Assembly (NCBI RefSeq): GCF_009914755.1
Contig: NC_060939.1
Reading direction: 5' to 3' (one strand)
Length of the DNA: 64,000 bases
From: the human T2T-CHM13v2.0 reference genome, Homo sapiens
In this document: one piece after another, positions 32,601 to 46,225 of the stretch
How the letters are laid out: each line of letters opens with the position of its first letter
Position numbering within the stretch: position 1 is the first letter of the stretch
The notes under the pieces: model-generated
Databases searched by the model: none
Told to the model about the DNA's origin: nothing
The model's input: only the letters and a program-made list of their open reading frames with translations
Translations under genes and position numbers: made by a program

Positions 32601-34322
32601 GTGACAGGTTCCGTGGCCACAGCAGAAAAGATGTTTGCACTTCAAAATCCGACTTCGTAAAGTTGCTCTGCTGTGTGCAAAGAGTGTTTAATTTGGTAAC
32701 AAGTGAATCGTGGCCCAAACAGTATTTGGTTCAAATAGGAAAAGGCACCCAGCAGGGGCATCCTGAATATTCATTTCTTGCAAGGCACAGCAGTCATCTT
32801 ACAATCTCTGCTTCAGTATCAGAGCTGCTCATTTGTCTCAGATTGTATGTGCATTCTCTCATTTTTTCATCTCTAAAATCTATTTTAGGAACAGCCCCTG
32901 AAGCCATTTTCAACAGCTTCTTCAGAAATTCTAAAGAAAGGGAAGAAACTTGAATAGGATCACATCACCCCATACAACCATGAAAACCTGTTTTGTGGGG
33001 CATTCTTGAAACCAGCCCAGAAGCTCTTAAGAGTTTTTGTATTTATTTACCCATTTCTTTCTCTCCCTTCTGTATCCCTCAATAGATTTTTATATTCAAA
33101 TGCAAAAGATTTCCATGTGCACTGAAGATCCATTTATGTATTGGTTTAGAAGATCAGGCCACGATGTTGAGAAATGCAACTTTTTCATAAACAGATGTTT
33201 ACAAATTCAGTCTTTGTGCTAGGAAAAGCATACTCACCACAAAGAGTCTGTTTTCTATATTTGAAGGCAAAAATCCTTTTGAAAAAACCCCATATCTCTA
33301 AAGTCCAGAAAGCGTTAACATCAGATATATTCCTCCTCAAAGCCACTTCCCAGAGTCATCTTACCAAACCTGTAAAATGTTTTTCTAACAAGGCACTAGC
33401 TGATCCTGCATCCCTGGGTTGCTGCTGACAATAAACACTTGGTCACAAAGGCTCTGAGAGTCATGTAGGCAGGAGGTGATGAGGAACACGCTCAGTGTAG
33501 TCAATCCAGGAAGCGCTGTTCCCCTGGCCAAACACGAGCCTTAAAAGAGCCTGAGTCACATAATTTTCAGTGGGCAGGTTTGTCCTTTTTTGTCCCCAAG
33601 AGTTTGTTCTGTTCATTAAACCAGTAAGAGCCCAAGAGCATTTTGTCTAGTGGGCTAAAAACTCCTGAAGCTGGGGTGTGTTCACCCAGATTGAGAAGAA
33701 GGTGGGGAGAGGGACTGCCTTCTTGACATTTTTCTTCCTGTCTCATCCCACGAAGCTAATTTTATTGGGTTGTTCCTGTCATGTTTAAGCTACAGGTAGT
33801 AAGGGGGAGACTGAAGCAGATAAGACCACACAAAAGCATTCCCAGGCCTTGTTTCCGTGACTCAGGGAGGGTGGTTTTCTCTCACAGAGGCATGAAAGCA
33901 TTGTGGGGGCAATGAAGAAGCAGCACAGTGAAACAAGCCAGCAAGTTATGACGAGGCTTGCACTGAGGCCACCTGCCACCGTCCCCCTGCTGTCTGCATC
34001 TCTTGTGGACCAGGATCCACAGTAAAATCCATGCAAACTTTTTCATCATTTTCCAAGACGGAAAAATAGGTTTTTGAGCCTGTGTCAGCAAAGTGAATGG
34101 GCACATTATGAGAAGGCTAAGCAGAGGCCTTCTATATTTTTGGATTAACAATCAGGCCTGGGTCTTGATTGAGCCTCTTTGCCATCCTCGGAGCAAGAAC
34201 AACGGAATGCTGGATGATAGGTGAAAGAAATTTCCCTTGTCAGACATAGCTGTGGGGCCATAAAGACATATTTGTCTATCAAAAGGTGCAAAATATCAAT
34301 TGAACTGTTAACTGAAAATTAG

Positions 34323-34642
<320 letters not shown>

Positions 34643-35499
34643 TAAATTAGCACAATTTTTCTATAGGTATGAAAAAGGCATAACATTTTCCTTAAATTCC
34701 AAATAAAATAATTTACAGTTTACACTTTATAGTTATTGCAATAAGCAAATTGCTTTGCGTATGTCTTCCGAACTTACCCGAATCATCACATGGAAATCCA
34801 TGAAGACGCTTTCATTGTGTGTAGTTCCAGTGTAATTGATGAGAACTGCAGGCTATTTTAGCAGGAATATTAGGGTTTGGATGACGCTCCAACTCGGGGC
34901 ATATCCCTGACTTCTCAATGTCTTTGTATGTAAAAGTATTTTCTGTACAATCACTTGAGACATAGATTACACCTTTGTTTTTGCTGTACAAAGATGATGG
35001 CGCTCTCCCATCCTGGGGGAAGGGTGTGCTTTCTACTTTTTTCTAGTGTTTGTGCAAAGCCATTCACATTGTTTCTCTTTGTCCCTCTTGTGGCCAACAG
35101 GCTACACTGATAAACTCAGGCTGTGTAAGTGAAGACGTCTACAGCTACAGAAAGAGAGCAAAAGTAACTAGGCCACACTAACAGCAGCCTATGATTTCCA
35201 AATCTTTGCTGGCTTGAGTGTTGACCAGAAAACATGTTTGCTTAGGCCAGGCAATTTCAGGAGGTAAAACATTAGAACATGCCATGAAGCAACATAGCTC
35301 AAAATAAAATAACCATAGGACAACATAACCCAAAACAGGACTGCTAGATGTTTTCTACGTAGATGTATAGCCACGAGTACATTTTAATTAAACTATGAAG
35401 CTAAGCCTGATTGTCTATTTCTAAAATTTCCCACTAATACATTTAACATACATTTGATCGTTGTTGATCTGCTTTCTCTTAGACAAGATCATTGCTGAG

Positions 35500-36114
<615 letters not shown>

Positions 36115-36564
36115 CTATTTTTCTGTAAATGGAGAACTAAATGTCATTATTTAATCTCAGCAGCAAAACATCTTTGTTTAGCTCTAGGGTCAATATATTC
36201 CACAGGAAGGTAGTTGAGATCCACTGACTTAGGTGATTGGAAAGAGACACCCAGAAACTGGAAAGCAGGTATTGGCCATATTCAGAAGTATTCCATGGCA
36301 GGTATCAAAATGCTGTAGAAAATGTGGAGGAGGAAGAGGAGAGGTCAGGCATCAGGGAAGACTTCCCAGAAGAGGTGCTTCTTGAAATGGGCTTGGAGTG
36401 AAAAGATTCCCAGAGAGCAATTGTGGGTGAGGTGAAGGGAGCTAGTTAGACATAATTAGGGAATCCCTTTTCTAAAGTTCAAGGACTTTCTAATAAAAGG
36501 GAGAAAAAGTATTTCACCTTTTTACCATGCTTTTTCTGCTTCCAGAATAGAAAAGGTAATAAAA

Positions 36565-37090
36565 GCTAATATTTACTGAGTATTCACTGTGTGCCAGACA
36601 TTATTCCAAGAACTTTTTTTAAAATCAGGTTTGTTTGTTTGTTTGTTTGTTTTAGACAGAGTTCCGCTCTTGTTGCCCAGGCTGGAGTTTAGTTGTGCGA
36701 TCTCAGCTCACTGCAACCTCTACCTCCTGGGTTCAAGGGATTCTCCTGCCTCAGCCTTCTGAGTAGCTGGGATTAGCCACCATGCCTGGCTAATTTTTTG
36801 TATTTTTAGAAAAGACAAGGTTTCACTATGTTGGCCAGGCTGGTGTCTCAAACTCCTGACCTCCAGCAATCTGCCTGCCTCGCCTCCCAAACTGCTGGGA
36901 TTACAGGCGTGAGCCACTGCACCTGGCCCCAAGAACTTTTCACTTAAATCCTTTGCATTTAAACCACCTAATTGTCAAAATATCTTTATGAGGTAGATAC
37001 TACAATTACCCCCATTTTACAGTGGAGGAAACTGAGTTACAGATGGGTAAAATAACTTGCTCAAGATCACACAGCAACTAAATGGTTAGT
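36565..37090 (-). mobile_element. MIR split by an Alu
   Basis: 'gctaatatttactgagtattcactgtgtgccagacatt' ... 'ttatgaggtagatactacaattacccccattttacagtggaggaaactgag'. Confidence 0.75.
36630..36928 (-). mobile_element. AluS element
   Basis: Antisense Alu with (tttg)n tail. TSD ccaagaactttt on both sides. Confidence 0.94.
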
Positions 37091-39047
37091 GTCTTAACCT
37101 CTCTTCTGCCTCTTTTCAGGTATGGTCTTCAGCAGAAGCCACCTCTTCCACCAGCAGCCCACAGCTCACTGGTGATAGATGCTGTTTTCTAGAAGCTGGC
37201 CCATCTACCATCTAAACCCAGCAGTTCTCAGGAGCCTAGACCCAGCCAACTATGGCCCACAGTCCACCAGAGCTTCAGCAAGAGAAAAGTACCCGTGGCT
37301 CAGTCATTTTCTCTAGCCACCTAATCTCATCTTACATAAAAATTGTAGAGTGGTCCCCCCCTGCTTTTTAAAAATTATTATAGAGGTGTAGATTATACCA
37401 TTCTTTTTAAAAACTTTCTCTCTAAAGCAGCAAGTTACTACAAATTGTGAATCCTGAGTGGCCTGGCCTAAGGAAGCCAGACAAAGGGCATTTAATACAT
37501 GTTTTTTAGAATGCCCTAGAGAATTGATATGGCATAGACCAATAAAATTGCTTTTTTTCTTCCTCTCACTCGAATCAGCTAATTCAATTTAACAGATATT
37601 TATTGACCACTGGGTATGCCTGGGGTTTCTAATCTGAGAAAAGGGACAACACAGCAACAGAAGTTACTCTAACAGAAGGCAAAGAGGGAGGTATCCCAAG
37701 GAAAATATCAAAATGCAGTGGTCATTTGGAGGAGTATGAGAGGGAAGTGGAGATGGGTGGTGGTGGGGCTTCCTGGAGGAGGGCTTAGAATAGTCCCTGA
37801 AGTCGAAGAGTTTCAATAGAGAGAGGCTGTGGGAGGGATGAAGGGGCAGTCAATTCTGTTGAGGTGAGGGATCCAAAGTCACCTTTGGTTGCCTGTCCTG
37901 GAGTTGAAGGCCAGCAGGCCGTACATGAAGCCCAGGAAGAACAAAGATGTTTGCTGCCAACTTCCAAATTACACAGGCCACAGAGTTGGGGGCAGGGAAG
38001 CTCTAAGGTCATTCGTACAAAGTAACCAATTTACAGTTATGGTTACACTTGAGTCAATTAAAATGTTTTATTAGCAGGAATTTGAATCTCTTACCTTCAT
38101 TAACATTTAACAGTAAATGGGAGAAAAAAGGTAAATAAAATATTATCTGGCTTTTTAAAGGTCATTTCAGACTGAGCGTTATAAAATGTGAGCTGAGAAG
38201 GGCGGGATGGCCCTTTGTGTGGATTTAGTACATGGAGCCCACTCTATGTGTAGATCTATAGAGGTATCTTCCAGCAGGGGCAGGAGGAGACACCTCATGG
38301 CAGATGAGGTGCTCAGAAGTGGATTAATTATCATCAGCACATTTGGAGCAGGGCGAGGGAAGAAAGAGATCTGACAAGTGAGAATTTTTTTTTTTTTTTT
38401 TTTTTTGCTTTAGATCGCAGGTTATAAATCATTTTGGGGTACGCAGCCCTTAGTAATTACTCCTATGATCAACATGTGCTGCTTAACAACCTTAGGCTAG
38501 CAGCCCAAATTGATTAAATTTCATACCTAACCATTCCCCCAAAGGAAAGAAGCGTGAAGGGAGCCCTGTGCCTGGGTCCCAGAGAGGACACAGAGGGCCT
38601 TGGGGAAGCCCCGTCAGAGTCGGGAGAGGCCATTCTCGTGCCCCAGGCTGTCCGCGGACATTGTACATCAAGACCTACCATTAGTGAAAGCTAGAAGCAG
38701 AAACATAATAATTTGGCAGGAACATAAACAGCCTACTTGAAAAGAAATTCCTCATTTTTCCATCTTTCAAGGTGTAGAGGCACAAGTGATTAAAAAGTCA
38801 TCCAAAAGCTGCCCAGGGAATATTTCCTCCTAACATGTCACTCCTGTAGATGAGACCTGAAGTAGTGACCTGATCCTGGAAAGGCAGCAGGAAGCCAAGA
38901 TGTTCCCATTGCAAGGGAAAGGCCTTTCTTGAAATTCTTTCATCAAAATGAGTGGACCAGAAGGAGAAGTCCCACGTCTCCCATGATGGAGTTTTAGAGA
39001 TTTTGAGGTTCAGTTGATTACTGTCTTCCTTGCCCTACGTGAAAGAT

Positions 39048-39317
39048 GGAGCAGGGAGAAAGGGTCACTCTAGATCTGAAGAAACAAATCCTAGCAAATG
39101 GGAAGTTTCTCTTTTGAAGCAGTGACAGAAAACATAGTCTGACTCAAATGAGTAAGAGCTACTTGGTTAAACCCCCTTCCTGGGAGCAGGGAGAAAGGGT
39201 CACTCTAGACCTGGAGATACAAATCCTAGCAAGCGGGAAGTTTCCCTTTTCAAACAGTGATAGAAAACATCGTCTTACTCAAATGAGTAAGAGCTATTTG
39301 GTTAAACCCCCTTCCCG
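39048..39317. repeat. Tandem duplication, 2 x 135 bp, ~90% identical
   Basis: Copy 1 at 39048-39182 and copy 2 at 39183-39317. I counted 13 substitutions and no indels by eye. Confidence 0.95.
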
Positions 39318-40025
39318 GGCCTTCCTCATCATGAAGACATTTGACTTTACCACATCTGAAAATAGGGGGGAAATGAATTCACAGCAAAATAAATATTTCC
39401 TAATTTTAAATAAACATTGGTAATCACAGTGATTGTGTCCAAAGCACAATGCAGCTATATAAATATAGAGAACACCACTAGAAGGAAAAAAGAGAGTATT
39501 TACCTATATAAATATAAATCCAAAATCTGATTTTAACTTGCTAAAAGCATCTGGTCTAGTTCTCTAAATGTCAAAGGTGTCTACTCACTGTCCCTCTAGC
39601 GCTACCCTAATTAGCAGCTGAAGACATGGCCTTCCTTTTGTCCAAATCTGAAGATACGTATCACACCTTTCAACAATCGTGAGGACCTTTTCCTGTTCCA
39701 TTTAACAACTTTATTTTGCATTTGATCTAGCAAAGGAATGAGGAAAAGGTTTCCAGAAGATGGTAAACTAAAACTCCAAATAGCTTCCCTCAGGGATCCT
39801 CCAACCTGATTCCATTCCCTTTTCTTGTTGCAGAGTATATGCAAGGAACCTCTCGCCCACTCTAAGAAGTCGGGGGAGATCTTTGAGCCTGAAAAACCTT
39901 CATCATCGAGATGTGCTAAGACAGAGCTGGAGGCAGAGAGATGAGATTGTGCCTACTTTCCATGTCATAGAGAGAAGTCAACATTCTCTATATGATATGT
40001 AGGAAACATGATATAACAGATATGA

Positions 40026-40386
<361 letters not shown>

Positions 40387-41304
40387 GTGCTGTCTGTTAT
40401 CCAAAAAGGTGTCATATTTGGTTCCTGGTAACCACAGAAACAATTGTCTTTTAAAAAATATATTGAACACACAGCCAAAGTGAAGGTCTATACTTCTCCC
40501 TTAGTGAATGTCATCATGGTTCAGTCCTACAAGAATTGTGTGAGGTGAGGTGGTTTTGTCTTAAATGCAGAGAATGAAGTTGGGCTCCCAAAGAGAATTC
40601 AGTCTTCCCTGGTCACTGTTACACCAGACTGTATTTTCTTTAAATGAATCTGCCCTCTCTCTCAAAGATAATCTGGAAGTAACATGAAACGATCATTTAT
40701 CACTACCAATATGACAGTACTTTCTCACCCACTGTTTACTCCTTGAAAACAAGCACTGGAAGAAGCCTTAGAGATCCAGGCACTCACCCCAAGGGGCATG
40801 TGGAATGGGGCGACACGCTGGTTGTGACAATGACTGAGGTGCTGTTGTTTTGCAGTCCTGGATCTGTCCCATGCAGTGAAGAATCGCGTGGCCCCACTGA
40901 GAAATGTCAACCCCTGGTGAGGAAACCAAGGCCCATAGTTGACTCTTAGATTCAAGCTCCCAACTCTCAGTTCATAGATAGTCACATTTCTGTAGTTGAA
41001 CAATTAGAGAAGCAACATTTTTTTTAAAAAAAAGACAAATACAGATATCTCAATGTTGCCCGTTTTCCTGCACAACTGCCTAAGAAGTGGTAGCTCTAAG
41101 TAGGTCTACTGTTGTAGCTCTAAGTAGCTCTAAGAAGGTCCATTGTTGTTCCTACATCTCTGCCTTCTTCTTGATGCAAATATAATGAGTCCTTAGCAGC
41201 AACTCACACCTGTCTTTTTCCGTCCTTCCATGTAAAGGGCTCTTCCCCTGTACCTAAACATAGCAGGAAATTTCAAACCACTTCACAAAGACGCCCTTAT
41301 TTGG

Positions 41305-41510
41305 ACAACACCTATTGAGCACCATGGATATGCTGGGCACTGAGCTTGTTGCCAGAAAATGTATTATTTCATTTAACTGCAACTCAAACCTATGGTGCAG
41401 GTACTAAGTCCATTTTGTAGGTAAGAAAACTAAGGCTTTGAGTGGCTTATATAAATTGCTCAAGGGCTCATGCCTAGTGACTGACCCAGGTGTCTATACT
41501 TCCAGTCACA
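41305..41510 (-). mobile_element. MIR
   Basis: 'acacctattgagcacc...atgctgggcactgagc...tccattttgtaggtaagaaaactaaggct'. Confidence 0.75.
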
Positions 41511-41860
41511 TCTACTGTTACTCAGTTTCCCCACACCCCAGTTTCATTGCATCTTCCCATCAGTTTTCTCTTCCTCAATGACTGGAGAGTCTCAGGAAAC
41601 ACTTTCCAAAACTTAAGATTCATATGCTCTATCAGGTGGGTGAGGTCTCAGAAGAGATGAGTAAAAAGACTCACTGAGACAGAATTTCTAATAACTCCAT
41701 CCACATTTCCAGGTGGAAATGGTAGACTTGAGTGTATACACATGTGATTCACTTGCCGTGAAACAAAAACACATCCAAAGTGAACTGAAACCTCCTGAGA
41801 GAGAATTGGTGCAGAGGAAAAAATCAGTGATGAAAGCTCATGGCCATTTACAAGAATGCA

Positions 41861-41861
<1 letters not shown>

Positions 41862-41902
<41 letters not shown>

Positions 41903-41915
41903 TACACACACACAC
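41862..41915. repeat. Compound (TC)n(AC)n microsatellite
   Basis: Directly visible. Confidence 0.95.
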
Positions 41916-42079
41916 GGTCTGCAGTAAACACACTGAAATGGTTACCTGTGAGGGCATGCAAGAGAAGAGGAGTGAGGAACAAAGGAACAAATAAGATGAC
42001 AAGTGTCATTAACTTAACCGTCTGCTCCTGGGGTTAAAAATTTTAAGCTATGTCTACGACAGTTTACAAATAAGTAGTC

Positions 42080-42395
42080 AGCCAGGCATGGTAGCTCATG
42101 CCTGTAATCCCGACACTTTGGGAGGCTAAGGCAGGAGGATCACTTGAGCTCTAGAGTTCAAGACCAGCCTGTGCAACATAACAAAACCCCATCTCTACAA
42201 AAATAAAGTAAAATACAAAAATTGGCTGGGCATGGTAGTGCATACCTGTAGTCTCAACTACTCGAGAGGCTGAGGTGGGAGGCTCACTTGAACCTGAGAC
42301 GTGGAGGTTGCAGTAAACCGTGATCATCCCACTGTACTTCAGCCTGGGCCACAGAGCAAGACTCTGCCTTAAAAATAAGAATAAATAAATAAAAA
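42080..42395 (+). mobile_element. AluJ element
   Basis: Full sense Alu with J-type 'ggaggatcacttgagc' and (aaat)n tail. Confidence 0.92.
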
Positions 42396-42957
42396 TAGTC
42401 AATGAAGATGACTCAATAAAAATTATAGAATCCCTAAGCCTGCCAAGTTGTGACTTAGGTAAGGGAATCGGCAAGAGAAGGGAGAGAAGATGAACTCTCC
42501 TTTTGCTAAAAGTGGAGGCCTCCTTAGGAATTTCATAATTATGTGCTATTGCTGTTCATTAATTGCAAGGAAACCAGCCTTGCTCTGGCCCTCTTGCCTG
42601 CTGGGAGGGCATGACAGAATTACTGACTCACATGAAGGATGGGGACTGGCGGACGGCACCCATCAGCATGCCTGATAGCCGGTATGAGACTCCAGGTCAG
42701 GGACGGCTGCCCGGATTCAGACTGCATGTAATTAAAAGGTTTACATGGAATAGAAACTGACCCTCACCATCTTAGGCATGTCAGAGGCTGCTCGTTTGAA
42801 GCACAATTCGTAGTTCTTTTTCCTTTGCTCTTGGTTTTAAAACAATGTATAGAAATCATGTAGCCTGGCAAAATAAAAAATAAATACTCTATCACACAGC
42901 CAGTGTTTAACATGCAAAGGTTTTTCTTTGGCTGTGCAGCAAGTGCACACATGCATG

Positions 42958-42959
42958 CA

Positions 42960-42998
<39 letters not shown>
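42958..42998. repeat. Compound (CA)n(GA)n microsatellite
   Basis: Directly visible. Confidence 0.95.
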
Positions 42999-43399
42999 GC
43001 AGAGCAAATACTCTGATGAGTAAAAATGTGAATTTGAGGGCAAATGAGGCATGAAACATATTGGCCAATAAACAACACAAAAGAAGGTCATACTAAATTT
43101 TTTATCTAACCAGACTGGGAAGCATTTGAGCTAAGAATACCCAGCAAGAACAGGCTTTCAAGGAGGTTGCATTTCTAACCAATACAGAGGGCCACTGTTT
43201 CTTATTTTGTTATGATGCAGACATACAGCAGCTTAGGATCTTATTGTCCTATATATTCAAAGGTAAGAATCTGTAAAGATTTAAAATATCTAAAGACACA
43301 TCCTTGATCTATCATAAGAAAATAAAGTATGCTGAAAGTACTTCTGTAAACATAGCTCTTTTGTGAAAATGTCTTGTCCAGGAGGTCTTAACATTCCCA

Positions 43400-43590
43400 A
43401 AGTACTTTTCAGTCCACAAAACTCATTCAAAACCATCTTGTAAAGTGGAAAGGGCAGGTATTATTTGCTCCATTATCCAAATGAGGAAGTCAGCTCAGAA
43501 AGTTCAGGAGATTTTTTTGAGCTCTTGTGGTCAGGGAGTAGTAGAGTCCAACTAGGATCTGATTCATCTGACTTTTAATCTAGTATTGCC
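43400..43590 (-). mobile_element. MIR
   Basis: 'ggcaggtattatttgctccattatccaaatgaggaagtcagctcagaaagttcagg'. Confidence 0.6.
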
Positions 43591-44913
43591 CTGCCAAGCT
43601 GTCAGTCCTGCAGTTTAAAAGAACCACTATATTTTCTGTGCATATAATAGATCAGAACCAAAAGAACAATGAGAATGACTATCTCAGAGAATCTTCCACT
43701 CCATCCCCAGCCCACCACATGCACACCCAGAAGCATCATGGATGGAAAGAAAACAGATTCTTTCAAGATTCTCAGACCAGTCAGTGCAAAGTGAATAGGT
43801 TTCCAGCACCTGCCACTTCTGAGAATACCTGAGCCTTGCAAGGCTGAGGTCACCTGAAGCTCCTCAGGGGGCTCTCTGTCTGCACTAATTAGAGAAAGCA
43901 ATATTGTTTCAAAGCATTCCCTTCATCTGTCTTCCAGCCTCGCTTTGCTCCAGGATTTGGGTATTCGGCAGCTCAAGCCCGGTTCACACAGCCTGCCACC
44001 CCTTCAAAGGAGAGGAATAAACATGAGCTCGCCAAACAGGTGGTGATGAGAGACGTGCCTGGACTGTCTTGGTTGTTCCACTCTACACCTTCACTTTCAT
44101 TATCTTCAGCATTTGTCAAGCAAAGGCAGGCTGATGATCCAGGGCTTCCACACCTTCAAAAGGAAATATTGACTGAACAGTGGTGCCGCTGCTACTCTCT
44201 TTACCTGCTGGATACCCACAGGGACTCACATCGTCAAAGGAGGAGTCATCGTTAGACTTTTCTCACTGACATCCAGTGGCCCAAGGGAGAACGAGAGAGA
44301 TGAAGGGCCAGTCACAGGAAGGGGTATGAACCACACTGAGGAGCTAGAAGATTCAAAATTAACTTTCAAGGGTAGGAACATACAGACAGGACCAATTCAC
44401 TCAGAACCCGTAAAAAATATACTCTTTGTGATGATGGATAAGTCTAAAATCCCTCAAGAATGTAGCCACTGACCATCAACTGGTTAATAGTAGTTAGCCT
44501 CTTTGGGGGACTTAGCTTTTCCCTGTATCCACACACCCACAAAAGTCCACTTCCTAGAGTTTAGGAAAAGGATCCCTCATTTGAAACAGGGATAACATAA
44601 TGGTCTCGTGGTACTGGCATAACAATGGGTATAAATGCAGTGACCAGAGACAACCTATCTGTAGGAGAAAAAGAACACAAGTCTGTCCACCTGAAAGCTC
44701 AGCAATGCATTTAGTGAACTAGCAAGAAGTTCCTGAATGGAGCAGGGAGGAGAGGAGAAGGAAGGGAGCAGGTTGGGATGGGGAGGGAATGGGTTGTTAG
44801 TTTTTTTCTTCTGTTGGGGATAAGGGCCGACCAGAAATTGGAAGGTAGATGTTCCAGTGTCAGAGGAAACAGAAATTCTGCAGCCCTGGGTGTTCCCAAA
44901 GAATGTGCATGGA

Positions 44914-45344
<431 letters not shown>

Positions 45345-45689
45345 TTAACCATACTAGTTCCATCCTCAAGTCACCTCAGCCTGTGCCCCTTTTGGGGGGA
45401 CAGAGCTTAATCTGGTTCCGGCTTCATCTGTTTCTGTCCCAAGATGAGACATAAGCGAAGGCAGCAGAATATAAGCTTCCCACAGATGTGAAGGAAGGAT
45501 GTTCCAGCATGGTGACTGTGGCTGGTCAGTTGTATGTAGGGTATATTTTCTAGAAGCAAAAGCTTTACTTATCTTTAAGGTGATCTTGACAGATGTACTC
45601 AAAAAAGGAATTATTTCCCTCTTGAAAATACATTTCCCAGCAATAACTTTTTAATGGAATGCCGGGACTAATCTGTATAATGCCTCCTC

Positions 45690-46225
45690 TGAAAAATATA
45701 CAGGGGGAAAACCCTATCTTTTCTCCACAGTCTTATGTTCAGTAATTGGGGCCTGTAAATTTAACTGACAGAAGACAGATTAACAGAATAAAAAAATCCC
45801 AGAGTTTGTTTATATACGCAATGTGCATACATGTGGGAGAACTCAGTGATGTGGGAGATGATTCTCAAAGGAGTAGTTAGAATTGGGGTCTTATATACCA
45901 TCTTTACAAAAGGTAATAAAGTGTGAAGAAGGGACTAGATAAATAAAAATGGCCTGGGGGGTTCTGGGAAGGCTCCTATGAAATGTATGGCAAACAAGCA
46001 TTGTTTAATAAGGTTTGTTATGCAGCTAACAGTTGTTCTTCACTTCCTGGCACAGGAGACAGGAACATCTTTACAAATGAAATTTATGTCACCTTTACAA
46101 AGGGAGATTCATATCCAGCTTTTAGACAGAAAGAAGGAAGGCAGAGAGCACACTGCTTTCAGCTCAAAACAATCCTTACACTAAAGTGGCGTATTTGGGG
46201 AGGTTATAAACTGATCTTCAGTGCA
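45690..46225 (-). mobile_element. ERV1 solo LTR (MER34/MER39-like)
   Basis: 'aactgacagaagacagattaacag' and end 'ttcagctcaaaacaatccttacactaaagtggcgtatttgggg'. Confidence 0.75.

Noticed and set aside
37098-37125. Strong-looking splice acceptor (ctctcttctgcctcttttcag), plus the T-tract/AG at ~38385-38413 and scattered GTAAGT/GTGAGT donors
   Set aside because: They cannot be linked into a coherent exon chain from sequence alone. A lncRNA is not excluded but would need transcript data.
39148-39423. 91-aa ORF with the repeated peptide MSKSYLVKPPS
   Set aside because: A by-product of the 135-bp duplication. Copy 1 has an in-frame stop upstream, and there is no recognisable domain or gene context.
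41862-42998. (TC)n(AC)n and (CA)n(GA)n microsatellites as an inverted-repeat pair
   Set aside because: The reverse complement of the second is (TC)n(TG)n, so only the TC/GA parts pair, and the flanks are unrelated.
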